Below are positions 1 through 10,209 of a stretch of DNA of 64,000 nt, one piece after another; position 1 is the stretch's first letter, and the number at the start of each line of letters is the position of its first letter. The position numbers and the translations under genes were made by a program. A model generated the notes under the pieces. The model made no database searches. It saw only the letters and a program-made list of their open reading frames with translations, and was not told where the DNA came from. Source of the DNA: Dehalococcoidia bacterium. Its GTDB lineage: Bacteria > Chloroflexota > Dehalococcoidia > GIF9 > AB-539-J10. The stretch is from the NCBI GenBank assembly GCA_030602785.1, contig JAUVZB010000007.1, forward strand, positions 1,420 to 65,419, written 5' to 3'.

Positions 1-1
1 C

Positions 2-817
2 TTTCTGCGCATCGCCCTCGAGCTCTCTCTAAAGAAGCTCATTGTGGGCGGCGTGGACCGCGTATATGAGATTGGCCGGGTGTTCAGGAATGAGGGTATA
101 TCTGTGCGGCACAACCCGGAGTTCACGCTCATGGAATGCTACTGTGCGTACGGCGACTATGAGGACATGATGGTCCTGGCGGAGAACCTGTTCGCTGCGG
201 TGGCTCAGGAAGTGCTTGGCACGACTCGCGTCGAGTTCCGCGGTAATCAAATCGAACTGGCCCCGCCCTGGCGGCGCGTATACCTCCGGGATGCCGTGAG
301 GGAGGCAAGCGGCATCGACTTCGAGGACTACGACGACACCGAAGGGTTGCACGAGAGGATGCTGCAGGAGGGCGTGCGTGTCGACGGTTTGCCCCGGCGG
401 GCCAAGCTCATCGACGCCCTCATCTCGACCTTCGTCGAGCCGAAGCTTGTGCAGCCGACGTTCGTGCTTGACTATCCCGTCGAGATGTCGCCCTTCGCAA
501 AGAGGAAGAGGGGCAACGACCGCATGGCCGAGCGTTTCGAAGCCTTCATCTCCGGCCTCGAGTTCGCGAATGCCTTCAGCGAGCTGAACGACCCGGTCGA
601 CCAGCGCGAGCGCCTTGAACAACAGCTCCGGGAGCGGGTCGGCGAGGAGGACGTCGAGGTCGCCGACGAGGATTTCATCGAGGCCATGGAGTATGGCATG
701 CCTCCTGCGGGTGGACTCGGAATCGGCATTGACCGGCTGGTGATGTTGCTGACGGGGCAGGACTCCATCCGCGACGTGATACTTTTTCCTCAGCTAAGGG
801 GGAAGCACGATGATTGA
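2..817 (+). CDS. lysS: Lysine--tRNA ligase (class II), 5'-truncated by window edge
   Basis: Open frame from nt 2 ([17 protein letters not shown]); motifs FRNEG, HNPEFT and [16 protein letters not shown]. Confidence 0.96.
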   Translation, partial: FLRIALELSLKKLIVGGVDRVYEIGRVFRNEGISVRHNPEFTLMECYCAYGDYEDMMVLAENLFAAVAQEVLGTTRVEFRGNQIELAPPWRRVYLRDAVREASGIDFEDYDDTEGLHERMLQEGVRVDGLPRRAKLIDALISTFVEPKLVQPTFVLDYPVEMSPFAKRKRGNDRMAERFEAFISGLEFANAFSELNDPVDQRERLEQQLRERVGEEDVEVADEDFIEAMEYGMPPAGGLGIGIDRLVMLLTGQDSIRDVILFPQLRGKHDD

Positions 818-2051
818 CATCAGGCTTATCAGGGAAGACCGCCCGCTTGTGGAGCGTGCGATGGAGTTGAGGGGCAGCACTGACGCCATTGGCCCGGTTG
901 TCGAGGCTGATGAGCGGCACCTCAAGCTGTTGCGCGAGATGGAAGGGCTGCGCGCGCGTCATAACCAGACGAGCAAGCAACTCGGGCGTATGAAGGAGCG
1001 CCCGCCCGGGCTTATGGAGGAGATGAAGGACCTCGGGGAGCAGATCGCTGAACTGCAGCGCGGGACGAAGGAGGCGAAGGACGCTCTTGACGCCCTGTTG
1101 CTGGAACTGCCGAACATGCCGCACGAGAGTGTCCCCGAGGGCAAAGACGCCGAGGACAACATCATCGTACGCAGCTGGGGAACCCCGAGGCAGTTCGAGT
1201 TCGAGCCCGCCTCGCACTGGGACATCGGCGAGCGCCTGGACATAATCGACTTCGTGAGAGGGGTCAAGCTCTCCGGGAGCCGGTTCTACGTGCTGAAGGG
1301 CCTCGGAGCGCGGCTTCAGCGGGCACTCATCTCCTTCATGCTGGACCTGCACACGAAGGAACACGGATATAGAGAGATATACCCGCCGTTCATGCTCCGG
1401 AAGGAGTGCATGGTGGGCTCGGGCAATCTGCCCAAGTTCGCTGACAACCTGTATCACGATGCAGAGGAGGACTTCTGGTTTGTCCCCACGGCGGAAGTGC
1501 CGTTGACGAACCTGCACCGTGACGAGATTCTCGACGGGAGCGAGTTGCCCGTGCGCTACGTGGCGTATACGCCGTGCTTCCGCCGGGAGAAGATGGCGGC
1601 AGGCAAGGACACGCGGGGCATCAAGCGGGGTCACCAGTTCGACAAGGTCGAGCTGTACAAGTACGTGAGGCCCGACGACTCCGATGCCGAGCTTCTCACT
1701 CTGCTCACCGACGCGGAGGAAGTGCTGCAGAAGCTGGAGTTGCCATACCGTGTGGTTCAGCTCTGCACGGGGGACCTCGGGTTTGCATCGTGCAAGACAT
1801 TCGACATCGAGGTCTGGGCGCCCGGGTGCGGAGAGTGGCTCGAGGTCAGCTCGTGCAGCAATTGCGGGGACTTCCAGGCAAGGAGGGCCAACGTGCGCTT
1901 CCGCGCGGAGGTCGGTTCCAAGCCCCAGTTCCTGCACACACTGAACGGCTCCGGACTCGCGCTTCCCAGAGTGCTTATTGCCGTGCTGGAGAACTGCCAA
2001 CAGGCGGATGGCTCTGTGCTGGTGCCGGAGATTCTGAACAGGTATATGTAG
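810..2051 (+). CDS. serS: Serine--tRNA ligase
   Basis: MIDIRLIR N-terminal coiled coil; [34 protein letters not shown]. Confidence 0.97.
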   Translation: MIDIRLIREDRPLVERAMELRGSTDAIGPVVEADERHLKLLREMEGLRARHNQTSKQLGRMKERPPGLMEEMKDLGEQIAELQRGTKEAKDALDALLLELPNMPHESVPEGKDAEDNIIVRSWGTPRQFEFEPASHWDIGERLDIIDFVRGVKLSGSRFYVLKGLGARLQRALISFMLDLHTKEHGYREIYPPFMLRKECMVGSGNLPKFADNLYHDAEEDFWFVPTAEVPLTNLHRDEILDGSELPVRYVAYTPCFRREKMAAGKDTRGIKRGHQFDKVELYKYVRPDDSDAELLTLLTDAEEVLQKLELPYRVVQLCTGDLGFASCKTFDIEVWAPGCGEWLEVSSCSNCGDFQARRANVRFRAEVGSKPQFLHTLNGSGLALPRVLIAVLENCQQADGSVLVPEILNRYM

Positions 2052-2135
2052 CAACCAGGGTCTATCCGCGGTCCTGTGCTTCCCGAACAACAGCAGGGCC
2101 GCGTGGCAGAACACATTCTGCAAGGAGGGAGAGAC

Positions 2136-3845
2136 ATGGTGCGTTCAACTCCGCTGAGCTACGCTTACGGGAGCTCGGCCACCCCGCCCATCGGACTGAC
2201 TATCCCGGATTTCCTCGACCACATCAGTGACAGTTTCCCCGACAACGAGGCGCTGGTGGATGTTCCAAGTGGCCGCCGGTGGACCTACACAGAGTTCAGG
2301 GACGATTGCCGCCGGGTGGCGAAGTCCCTGATGAAGCTCGACGTCAAACGTGGGGACAGGATCGGCATCTGGGCCACCAACTACCCCGAGTGGGTGCTGG
2401 TACAGTTCGGTAGCGCCATGATGGGTGCCGTGCTGGTCAACATCAACCCCGCCTACCGCACCCACGAGCTGGAACATGCCTTGAAGAACTCGGAGGCAAG
2501 CACGCTCCTGCTTATCGAGCGCTTCAAGTCCTCGGACTACGTCTCCATGTTCTACGACGTGTGCCCGGAGGCGCGCGACTCTACTCCCGGGGCGATACGG
2601 TCCGAGAGGCTGCCGGAGCTCAGGAGCGCAATCCTGATAGGCGACCAATCGCCGCCCGGCATGTTCAACTGGCAGCAGTTCCTTGCTCTGGGCGAGGACG
2701 TTGCCTATGACGAGCTTGACGAGCGCCAGGCCTTGCTGGACTTCGACGATGTCATCAACATCCAGTACACGTCAGGGACAACGGGCTTGCCCAAAGGCGC
2801 GTCGCTGACACACCGTAACATCCTCAACAACGGCTTCTTCTCCGGAGAGGGGATGCTGCTGAGCGACAAGGACCGTCTGTGCATCCCTGTGCCCTTCTAC
2901 CACTGCTTCGGCATGGTGCTGGCCAATCTGGCCTGTGTGACTCATGGGGCAACCATGGTTGTGCCTGCAGAGAGCTTCGACGCTCTCGCGACGCTCCAGG
3001 CGGTGGAGCAGGAGCACTGCACCGCGCTCCATGGGGTGCCGACGATGTTCATCGCCGAGCTGGAGCATCCGGAGTTCGACTCCTTCGACCTGCGTTCATT
3101 GCGAACGGGTATCATGGCGGGGGCCCCCTGTCCTATCGAAATCATGAAGAAAGTCAACGAGAAGATGCACGCGAGCCAGATGACCATCGGCTACGGTGAG
3201 ACCGAGGCCTCTCCTGTGGCAACGCAGACGCCTGTCGACGCGGCGCTCGAAGACCGCACAGGCACCGTGGGCCTGCCTGGCCCCTGCGTTGAAGTCAAGG
3301 TTGTCGACAGGGAGACCGGAGCCATCGTTCCGTGCGGGACCCAGGGTGAGATTTGCTATCGCGGCTACAACATCATGCGAGGCTACCACAACAACCCCGA
3401 GGCGACGGCCGAGGCCATCGATGTCGCCGGCTGGCTGCACAGCGGAGACCTCGCCACCATGGACGAGCGAGGCTACTGCAAGATTACAGGCCGGGCCAAA
3501 GAGATGATCATAAGGGGTGGCGAGAACGTCTACCCGCGGGAGATAGAGGAGTTCCTGTTCGGTCATCCCAAGGTGAAGAACGTCCAGGTCATCGGAGTGC
3601 CTGACGAGAAGTATGGCGAAGAGATCCAGGCGTGGATTGAGCTGCGCGAGGGAGAGACGGCCACGGAGGACGAGGTCAAGGCCTACTGCAAGGGGAAGAT
3701 CGCCCACTACAAGATACCGAAGTACGTCAAGTTCGTCACCGAGTATCCGATGACGATCACGGGCAAGATACAGAAGTTCAAGATGCGCGAGGCGGCCATC
3801 AAGGAACTTGGCCTTGAGAAGGCTGCCCGGGTGAAGACCGCGTAG
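2136..3845 (+). CDS. AMP-binding acyl-CoA synthetase (fatty/aryl-acid--CoA ligase family)
   Basis: YTSGTTGLPKG, YGETE, SGD, GRAKEMIIRGGENVYP, GKIQK; SD AAGGAGG upstream of ATG 2136. Confidence 0.92.
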   Translation: MVRSTPLSYAYGSSATPPIGLTIPDFLDHISDSFPDNEALVDVPSGRRWTYTEFRDDCRRVAKSLMKLDVKRGDRIGIWATNYPEWVLVQFGSAMMGAVLVNINPAYRTHELEHALKNSEASTLLLIERFKSSDYVSMFYDVCPEARDSTPGAIRSERLPELRSAILIGDQSPPGMFNWQQFLALGEDVAYDELDERQALLDFDDVINIQYTSGTTGLPKGASLTHRNILNNGFFSGEGMLLSDKDRLCIPVPFYHCFGMVLANLACVTHGATMVVPAESFDALATLQAVEQEHCTALHGVPTMFIAELEHPEFDSFDLRSLRTGIMAGAPCPIEIMKKVNEKMHASQMTIGYGETEASPVATQTPVDAALEDRTGTVGLPGPCVEVKVVDRETGAIVPCGTQGEICYRGYNIMRGYHNNPEATAEAIDVAGWLHSGDLATMDERGYCKITGRAKEMIIRGGENVYPREIEEFLFGHPKVKNVQVIGVPDEKYGEEIQAWIELREGETATEDEVKAYCKGKIAHYKIPKYVKFVTEYPMTITGKIQKFKMREAAIKELGLEKAARVKTA

Positions 3846-3872
3846 GCCCAATTACTCACAGGACACGAGAGA

Positions 3873-3895
3873 GGGGCGGGCCTTGTGCCCGCCCC
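3873..3895. terminator. GC-rich hairpin between convergent genes, probable terminator
   Basis: GGGGCGGGC-cttgt-GCCCGCCCC perfect 9-bp stem. Confidence 0.6.
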
Positions 3896-3925
3896 GATAT
3901 GTGTTTCTTTGAGACCCGGTCAGTC

Positions 3926-4894
3926 TCACTGACAGATTGGCTTGTTGACCAGGTTTGGTGGAGGCTGTCCTTCCAGCGCAGCAATGATGTTCCTCACGGA
4001 CACGTATGCCATCGCGGTCCTTGTCTCCCAGCTGCCGCTGCCGATGTGCGGCGTCAGCACGACGTTCGGTAGCTCTGTCAGCCCCGGGGTCACCGCCGGC
4101 TCCTTCTCAAATACGTCGAGGGCGGCCCCCGCTATCTGCTTCTCGAGCAAGGCTGTCAACAGCGCCTGCTCGTCGACCACGGGCCCTCTCGTCGTGTTCA
4201 CCAGGAAAGCAGAAGGCTTCATGAGGGACAGCCGGCGGGCGTCGATAAGGTGGAGGGTCTCCTCCGTAAGCGGCACGTTGAGAGAGACGAAGTCGGATTC
4301 CTTGAGGAGCGCGTCGATCTCCATGTAGCGGGCACCGAGGGCACGCTCTGTTTCCTTGTCCAGCGGTTTCCTGTTGTGGTAGAGGACTCTCATTCCGAAG
4401 CCCTGAGCCCGTCTTCCTACCGCCTGGCCAATCCTGCCGCAGCCGATGATGCCAAGTGTCTTGCCCCATACATCGGCTCCCAGCATCGCGAACGGCTTGA
4501 ATCCCTGGAACTGGCCGGCACGCACGTAGGCGTCAGCCTCTACCACTCTCCGCGCCACGGCCATCAGTATGGCCCACGAGAGGTCCGCCGTCGTCTCCGT
4601 CAGGACGTCCGGCGTGTTCGTGACCATGATTCCCTTCTGCGCCGCGTAGTCGGCGTCGATGTTGTTGTAGCCGACGCCCCAGTTGGCGACTATCTTCAGG
4701 CGTGGGCCGACGGCATCGAGGACCGCCCTGTCGACCCTGCTCCCAACACAGAGCAACGCATCGGAGTCTGCCAGTTGCGCTACGAGTTCCTGCGCCGTGA
4801 GCACGCGATTCTCCTCGTTAACGACGACAGTGTGCTTCTCGCGCAGAGCGTTGAGGGGGGCGTCCGGAAGCCAATAGGACACGAATACCTTCAT
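3926..4894 (-). CDS. D-2-hydroxyacid dehydrogenase (glyoxylate reductase/D-glycerate dehydrogenase-like)
   Basis: VTNTPDVLTETTAD, GIIGCGRIG, NTTRG, ALDVFEKEP, TPHIGS; SD GGAGG before ATG 4894. Confidence 0.92.
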   Translation of the reverse strand: MKVFVSYWLPDAPLNALREKHTVVVNEENRVLTAQELVAQLADSDALLCVGSRVDRAVLDAVGPRLKIVANWGVGYNNIDADYAAQKGIMVTNTPDVLTETTADLSWAILMAVARRVVEADAYVRAGQFQGFKPFAMLGADVWGKTLGIIGCGRIGQAVGRRAQGFGMRVLYHNRKPLDKETERALGARYMEIDALLKESDFVSLNVPLTEETLHLIDARRLSLMKPSAFLVNTTRGPVVDEQALLTALLEKQIAGAALDVFEKEPAVTPGLTELPNVVLTPHIGSGSWETRTAMAYVSVRNIIAALEGQPPPNLVNKPICQ

Positions 4895-4948
4895 CTGTTG
4901 CCTCCTCTCCTTGTGGCGTAGTCCGCCCATTGTACTGCAGGGTGGTTC

Positions 4949-5317
4949 TCAGGATATGGGGACCGCGTTCTCGATGAGCTCGGCACGGGTCTGAACGCCG
5001 TGCTCATCCATCTCTATCGCCACCACATCGATGCGCCACACCTGGTCTTCCGGGTTGTCATGTGACGCGACGTAGTCCAGCGCGCAGGTTACGAGCTTCC
5101 GCCGCTTCTGCCGGGTTACCGACTCCTCCGGGGTCCCGAATTCGGTGCTGGTCCGGCTTCTCACCTCGACGAAGACGAGACAACCCCTGACCCGGGCGAC
5201 GATATCTATCTCGCCGTAGTGGCCGCGTGCGTTGGTCTCGACAATCCTGTAGCCGCGCTTCTTGAGCAGCGAGCACGCCAGTTGCTCGCCGCGCCGACCA
5301 ACCTCCGACGGCTTCAC
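4949..5317 (-). CDS. yraN: YraN family (UPF0102) nuclease-like protein
   Basis: GRRGE, GEIDIVA, LVFVEVRSR, RIDVVAI; GTGA overlap with rnhB stop. Confidence 0.9.
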   Translation of the reverse strand: MKPSEVGRRGEQLACSLLKKRGYRIVETNARGHYGEIDIVARVRGCLVFVEVRSRTSTEFGTPEESVTRQKRRKLVTCALDYVASHDNPEDQVWRIDVVAIEMDEHGVQTRAELIENAVPIS

Positions 5318-5955
5318 AGAAGGCCTCCCTCGACCATGCGCACGGGTTTGAAGCTGCGGCGGTGCTCCGGACACGCGCCCCGCCCGGCAAGGAAACTCAA
5401 GTGGTCTGCGGTTCCGTAGCCTTTGTGGCGCGCGAAGTCGTAGCCCGGGTGTTGCCGGTCCAGCTCTGCCATGATGCGGTCACGAGTCACCTTGGCGACG
5501 ATGGAGGCGCATGCGATGGAGAGGCAACGGCTGTCGCCCTTCACGATTCCCTCCTGGCGGACCCGGAGTTGCGGCAGCACCATCCAGTCGACAAGCACGA
5601 ACTCCGGGCGCACAGCGAGGCTGTCGAGCGCCGCGTACATCGCCTTTCGAGTCGCTGCAACGATGCCGGCCGAGTCGATGTCCCCGCTGCCCGTGATGCC
5701 GACGCCGACCGCAAGCGCATCCCTGGAGATGAGGGCGAACAACCGCTCGCGCTGAGATGCTGTGAGCTGTTTGCTGTCGCGAACCTCGTTGTACCACGGA
5801 AGTTCGAGACACCAGTCCGCCACGACGGCGCCCGCGACAACGGGCCCCGCAAGTGCACCACGCCCTGCCTCGTCAACTCCCGCCACGGGCCATACACCCT
5901 GCTCTTTGAGTGAGGTCTCCCGGGCATTGGTCGGGAAGTGCCGTCTAGCGCACAC
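5314..5955 (-). CDS. rnhB: Ribonuclease HII
   Basis: AGVDEAGRGALAGPVVA, DSKQL, SIACASIVAKVTRD, HKGYGT, HRRSF; start uncertain. Confidence 0.95.
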   Translation of the reverse strand: MCARRHFPTNARETSLKEQGVWPVAGVDEAGRGALAGPVVAGAVVADWCLELPWYNEVRDSKQLTASQRERLFALISRDALAVGVGITGSGDIDSAGIVAATRKAMYAALDSLAVRPEFVLVDWMVLPQLRVRQEGIVKGDSRCLSIACASIVAKVTRDRIMAELDRQHPGYDFARHKGYGTADHLSFLAGRGACPEHRRSFKPVRMVEGGLL

Positions 5956-6997
5956 GCCTGGCCTCCCTGTGTGCCTCGTGGATGATTCCTCCGCCGAGCA
6001 CCACGTCCCCATCATAGAACACGATTGACTGCCCGGGCGCGATGGCGCGCTGCGGCTCGCCGAATCTCACGTAGGCTTCGCGGGAAGTGAGAGTCACATG
6101 TGCGGTAGTTCCCTTCGAGCGAAAGCGCACCTTCGCGTGCACGTCCAGGGCATTGTCCGGGGGGGCGCCCGCGAGCCACGACAGATTGCGGAGCGTTGCC
6201 GCCTCGCTGTAGAGCTCGTCCTCGGTTCCGACGACCAGCCGGTTCAGGCGAGCGTCCAATTGCACGACGTACTGTGGCTCTCCGAGAGCCATGCCCAGTC
6301 CGCGCCGCTGCCCGACTGTGTAGAAGGGTAGCCCCCTGTGCTGCCCGAGCACTCTTCCCCCGGTGTCGATGATGTCTCCGGGAGTGGAAGAGACCCGGGC
6401 CGCCACGAAGCGATGGTAGCTCCTGTCGTGGACGAAGCAGATGTCCTTGCTCGGCTTCCCCGTCGGGAGGCCTTCGTCGGAGGCAATGGAGTGCACTTCC
6501 TTCCGCGTCATCGCGCCGAGAGGCAGCAGGACGCGTTCAAGCGCAGGACCGTCGACCGCATAGAGGAAGTAGGACTGGTCGGCCTGCCTGTCGAGTGCCC
6601 GCAAGAGCAGGTTGCGGCCGGAGCACCGCTCCAGTCGCGCATAGTGACCGGTTGCCAGACGGTCGGCCCCCCTGGAGAGCGACTCCCTCAGCGTGACCCC
6701 GAACTTGATGCTCCTGTTGCAGACAACACAGGGGTTGGGTGTTCTTCCGGAGGAGTACTCGGAGCAGAACGGCGCCACGACGCGAGAAGAGAACTCCTGC
6801 ACGAGGTCCACCACATGCAGCTCGATGCCGAGACGGCGTGCGAGGACTTGTGCTTGCTCGCTCTGCGCCAATGAAGCGGGTGTGTCTGTGAGCAGCAGGT
6901 GCAACGCACACAGCTCGTAAGGGCCCCGTCTGAGGACCATCGCTGCAACGGCGGAGTCGGCGCCGCCACTGAGCGCGACTGCTACTCGCTGTCTCAT
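5945..6997 (-). CDS. mnmA: tRNA-specific 2-thiouridylase
   Basis: ALSGGADS, GRTPNPCVVCN, ATGHYAR, DQSYFL, DICF, YTVGQRRGL, APGQSIVFY. Confidence 0.95.
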   Translation of the reverse strand: MRQRVAVALSGGADSAVAAMVLRRGPYELCALHLLLTDTPASLAQSEQAQVLARRLGIELHVVDLVQEFSSRVVAPFCSEYSSGRTPNPCVVCNRSIKFGVTLRESLSRGADRLATGHYARLERCSGRNLLLRALDRQADQSYFLYAVDGPALERVLLPLGAMTRKEVHSIASDEGLPTGKPSKDICFVHDRSYHRFVAARVSSTPGDIIDTGGRVLGQHRGLPFYTVGQRRGLGMALGEPQYVVQLDARLNRLVVGTEDELYSEAATLRNLSWLAGAPPDNALDVHAKVRFRSKGTTAHVTLTSREAYVRFGEPQRAIAPGQSIVFYDGDVVLGGGIIHEAHREARRVR

Positions 6998-7040
6998 CGA
7001 AAACCGCCGACTCTGCTCTCCTCGCGAAGGGACGTCTGTG

Positions 7041-7679
7041 CTAGGCAGGGTGCTGCCCGGACGCGCGTTCTTCCAGAAGGGTCTGGACCCGCTCCAGAAT
7101 CGACTGTGCCGTCGTGCCGGACGAGCGTGTTGCGTCCAGGACGAGCCAGCGCTGTGGCTCCTCCGCTGCAAGGCGGTGGTAGCCCTGTCTCACACGCTCG
7201 TGGAAGACCAGCCCCTCCAGCTCGAAGCGGTCTCGTGGCTGCCTTTTTCGTTTGAGTGCCAGGGCGGGATCCATGTCGAGCAGCACGATGAGGTCCGGAC
7301 GGAGCTCTCGTGTAGCAACCGAGTTGATCGTCTCCACGAGGTCGAGAGGCAGCCCCCGGCCGTAACCCTGGTACGCAATCGTCGAGTCGGAAAACCTGTC
7401 GCAGATGACGATGCTGTCCTGCTCGAGCGCTGGAATAATGACCTCGCACGTAAGCTGGGCCCTGGCCGCAGCGAAGAGAAGCAGCTCGGCCTCCGGCGAG
7501 ACCAGTGTATCGCGACACTTCTTCAGGGAACGGCGGAGGTCGTCCCCGAGGGATGTCCCTCCAGGCTCGTGGGTGCGGACGACTCGATGGCCGGCCCGTT
7601 TGAGCTGCTCCGCGAGGCGCTTCGCCTGCGTGGTCTTGCCGCAGCCCTCTCCTCCTTCGAACGAAACAAAGAGTCCCAT
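7041..7679 (-). CDS. tmk: Thymidylate kinase
   Basis: FEGGEGCGKTTQ, EPGGT, CDRFSDST.AYQG. Confidence 0.95.
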   Translation of the reverse strand: MGLFVSFEGGEGCGKTTQAKRLAEQLKRAGHRVVRTHEPGGTSLGDDLRRSLKKCRDTLVSPEAELLLFAAARAQLTCEVIIPALEQDSIVICDRFSDSTIAYQGYGRGLPLDLVETINSVATRELRPDLIVLLDMDPALALKRKRQPRDRFELEGLVFHERVRQGYHRLAAEEPQRWLVLDATRSSGTTAQSILERVQTLLEERASGQHPA

Positions 7680-7683
7680 CGAT

Positions 7684-9114
7684 CTACAGCAACCCCCGGA
7701 CTATGGAGTCCTCCCTGGAATTGGCGCTGCCGCTCTCCTTTCCTCTCCTGCCGTTGAGCACCTCCTGCAACTTGTGAACGTAGCCGGTTCGCGAAAGGTC
7801 GGGAGACAGAGACTGCAGGCTCTGGCGCAGCTGCGAGACGTCATTGCCTTTGAGTACGTAGACAGGGATGCCGAGCGCTTCGGCATCGCGAATGCGCTGC
7901 GGTTTGCGCCGGTAGTGGGCCCGTGTTGTCAGGAAGATGTCGGAGCTTCCGATATTGTCCACGAGCTGTATGGCTGCGCGTTCTCTCTTGGCGGCGAGTT
8001 CCAGTCGCGCCCGGTTGACGCCGAAAGGGAAGACCCTGAAGGTCCGCTCGCGGCCCTGCAGCTCGGCCGCCTCTATTACCTGGACTTGTGACCCGCTGTT
8101 GGATAGAGACTCATGTCGGGTCTCAGTCCGGGTCCGGCCGTCATCGTCCACCCAGCGGAACTCGGTGCGCACGGGCTTCCGGTTCAGGATGCTGTCTGCG
8201 GCCTCGGAGACGTCCGCATGGACCGATACCTTGTAGAAGTCGTGAATCTCCACCACAACATCGAATGTGGGAGGCGCCTTGCGCTCGAGCACGGACTTCT
8301 GCGTGTGCCTTCTGCGGGCCTCCTCGTCACCGAGCGTCACCGACTGAGTTCCGCCCACAAGGTCTGAGAGAGTAGGGTTGAGTATCAGATTCTCCAGGCT
8401 GTTGCCGTGGGCTGTCCCGATGAGCTGAACGCCGCGTTCGGCTATAGTCCGGGCAGCCTGTGCCTCGAGTTCGGTCCCAATCTCGTCGATGATGATGACC
8501 TCGGGCATATGGTTCTCGACGGCCTCAATCATCACTGCATGTTGCTGTTCAGGTGTGGGTACCTGCATCCGCCGCGCGTGACCGATGGCGGGATGGGGGA
8601 TGTCTCCGTCGCCGGCTATCTCGTTCGACGTGTCAATCACAATGACGCGTTTCTTCGCGCTGTCTGCAAGAACACGGGCAACCTCGCGCAGCATGGTCGT
8701 CTTGCCTACGCCGGGGCGACCAAGAAGAAGGATATTCTGGCCGGACTCGATGAGGTCTTCAATCATGTCCACCATGCCGAACACCGCGCGACCCACCCGG
8801 CAGGTGAGGCCAACGATGTCGCCACGACGGTTGCGCATCGCAGAGATGCGATGGAGAGTCCGTTCGATGCCGGCTCTGTTGTCAGATGTGAAGACCCCGA
8901 CGCGCGATACCACAAAGGCGATGTCGTTGTGGTCGACTTCCTTGCAGCTGATGAGGCTGTCTTGTCGGGGGAGGCGCGCCTCGGGAGGCGCGCCGAGGTC
9001 GAGCACAATCTCGAGCAGTCCGCTGAGTTGTGCCTGCTCGCGCAGCGGCTCGCGGACATGGGGAGGAAGTACATCTAGAAGAGCGTCAAGGTCGTCCGCT
9101 ACTACCTGTCGCAA
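7684..9114 (-). CDS. Ycf45/SpoIIIAA-like AAA ATPase
   Basis: NRAGIERTLHRIS, GRPGVGKTT, DTSNEIAGDGDIPH, AVENHMPEVIIIDEIG, LIGTAHG; start uncertain. Confidence 0.88.
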   Translation of the reverse strand: MRQVVADDLDALLDVLPPHVREPLREQAQLSGLLEIVLDLGAPPEARLPRQDSLISCKEVDHNDIAFVVSRVGVFTSDNRAGIERTLHRISAMRNRRGDIVGLTCRVGRAVFGMVDMIEDLIESGQNILLLGRPGVGKTTMLREVARVLADSAKKRVIVIDTSNEIAGDGDIPHPAIGHARRMQVPTPEQQHAVMIEAVENHMPEVIIIDEIGTELEAQAARTIAERGVQLIGTAHGNSLENLILNPTLSDLVGGTQSVTLGDEEARRRHTQKSVLERKAPPTFDVVVEIHDFYKVSVHADVSEAADSILNRKPVRTEFRWVDDDGRTRTETRHESLSNSGSQVQVIEAAELQGRERTFRVFPFGVNRARLELAAKRERAAIQLVDNIGSSDIFLTTRAHYRRKPQRIRDAEALGIPVYVLKGNDVSQLRQSLQSLSPDLSRTGYVHKLQEVLNGRRGKESGSANSREDSIVRGLL

Positions 9115-9122
9115 ACGCGTCC

Positions 9123-10004
9123 CTACCAACCCCTGGAGGCGAGGAGTTCCTGTTGGGGGATAGAACTCATCTCCAGGCCGGGCATGGCTTCTCCGAGACC
9201 CTTTGAGACGCGCGCAATGATAGCGGGATCCCGGAAGTGGGTGACTGCCTCTACGACGGCCTTTGCCCTGGCAGCAGGGTTGCTCGACTTGAAGATGCCC
9301 GAGCCGACGAACACGCCGTCGGCGCCAAGCTGCATCATGAGGGCCGCGTCGGCGGGCGTGGCGACGCCTCCGGCAGCGAAGTTGACGACAGGCAGCTTCC
9401 CCGACTCGTGCAGGTCGAGCAGAAGCTGGAGTGGGGCTCCGAGGACCTTGGACTCCGTGGAGAGTTCTTCCTTCGGAAGTGACTGCACTCTGCGTATGCC
9501 GTCCTGCACCGCTCGCATGTGGCGGACAGCCTCCACGATGTTGCCCGTACCGGCTTCACCCTTGGTGCGTATCATAGCCGCTCCTTCGGAGATGCGGCGC
9601 AGAGCCTCTCCAAGCTCCCGGCAACCGCATACGAAGGGGACCTGAAAATCGTGCTTCCACACGTGGAAATGCTCATCTGCCGGAGTGAGGACCTCCGACT
9701 CGTCTATGAAGTCGACGCCGAGAGATTCGAGCACCTGCGCCTCGACGAAGTGGCCGATGCGGCACTTCGCCATGACAGGGATGCTCACCGTCTCCATGAT
9801 CGCGGCTATCACCGTCGGGTCGGCCATCCTGGCGACGCCTCCCGCTGCCCGGATATCGGAAGGGACACGTTCAAGCGCCATGACTGCACAGGCGCCGGCA
9901 TCCTCAGCAATCTTTGCATGCTCAGGCGTGACGACATCCATGATAACGCCGCCCTTCAGGGACTGCGCGAGACCGCACTTGGTCCTGAAAGTGCTCTTCT
10001 CCAT
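9123..10004 (-). CDS. pdxS: Pyridoxal 5'-phosphate synthase lyase subunit
   Basis: [49 protein letters not shown]. Confidence 0.97.
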   Translation of the reverse strand: MEKSTFRTKCGLAQSLKGGVIMDVVTPEHAKIAEDAGACAVMALERVPSDIRAAGGVARMADPTVIAAIMETVSIPVMAKCRIGHFVEAQVLESLGVDFIDESEVLTPADEHFHVWKHDFQVPFVCGCRELGEALRRISEGAAMIRTKGEAGTGNIVEAVRHMRAVQDGIRRVQSLPKEELSTESKVLGAPLQLLLDLHESGKLPVVNFAAGGVATPADAALMMQLGADGVFVGSGIFKSSNPAARAKAVVEAVTHFRDPAIIARVSKGLGEAMPGLEMSSIPQQELLASRGW

Positions 10005-10039
10005 GGCAGTATTATAGGTCAGCTATCCGCAGGACGCAA
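10005..10039 (-). promoter_or_regulatory. Sigma70-type promoter, probably leaderless, of pdxS
   Basis: TTGCGT-N17-TATAAT-N6-ATG on minus strand; no SD. Confidence 0.65.
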
Positions 10040-10108
10040 AGGCAGTGCACAGGCCGTTCTTGTCTTCGAGCCACAGTCCGTGGATTCTTCAAGCTGCCGG
10101 AACGTGAA

Positions 10109-10142
10109 GGAGGGCCCAGGCGCCACTGCGCTTGAGCCCTCC
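10109..10142 (-). terminator. Hairpin downstream of thiolase, possible terminator
   Basis: GGAGGGC...GCCCTCC imperfect stem; second hairpin ACTCATCC/GGATGAGT near 10172-10192. Confidence 0.4.
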
Positions 10143-10209
10143 ACGGCTGTCATGTTCTGATGTCGCCTTCAACTCATCCTGCAGGGATGAGTCACCCGGC
10201 GGCGCCTGG

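Noticed and set aside
675-2123. 482-aa antisense ORF over serS (likewise 10132-11418, 30694-32028, 45516-46718, 46884-48215, 48387-49604)
   Set aside because: Shadow ORFs opposite well-supported genes in high-GC DNA; no recognisable motifs.
3871-3896. REP-like element
   Set aside because: Single copy in the window, no GTAG foot and no RAYT; a terminator between convergent genes is simpler.
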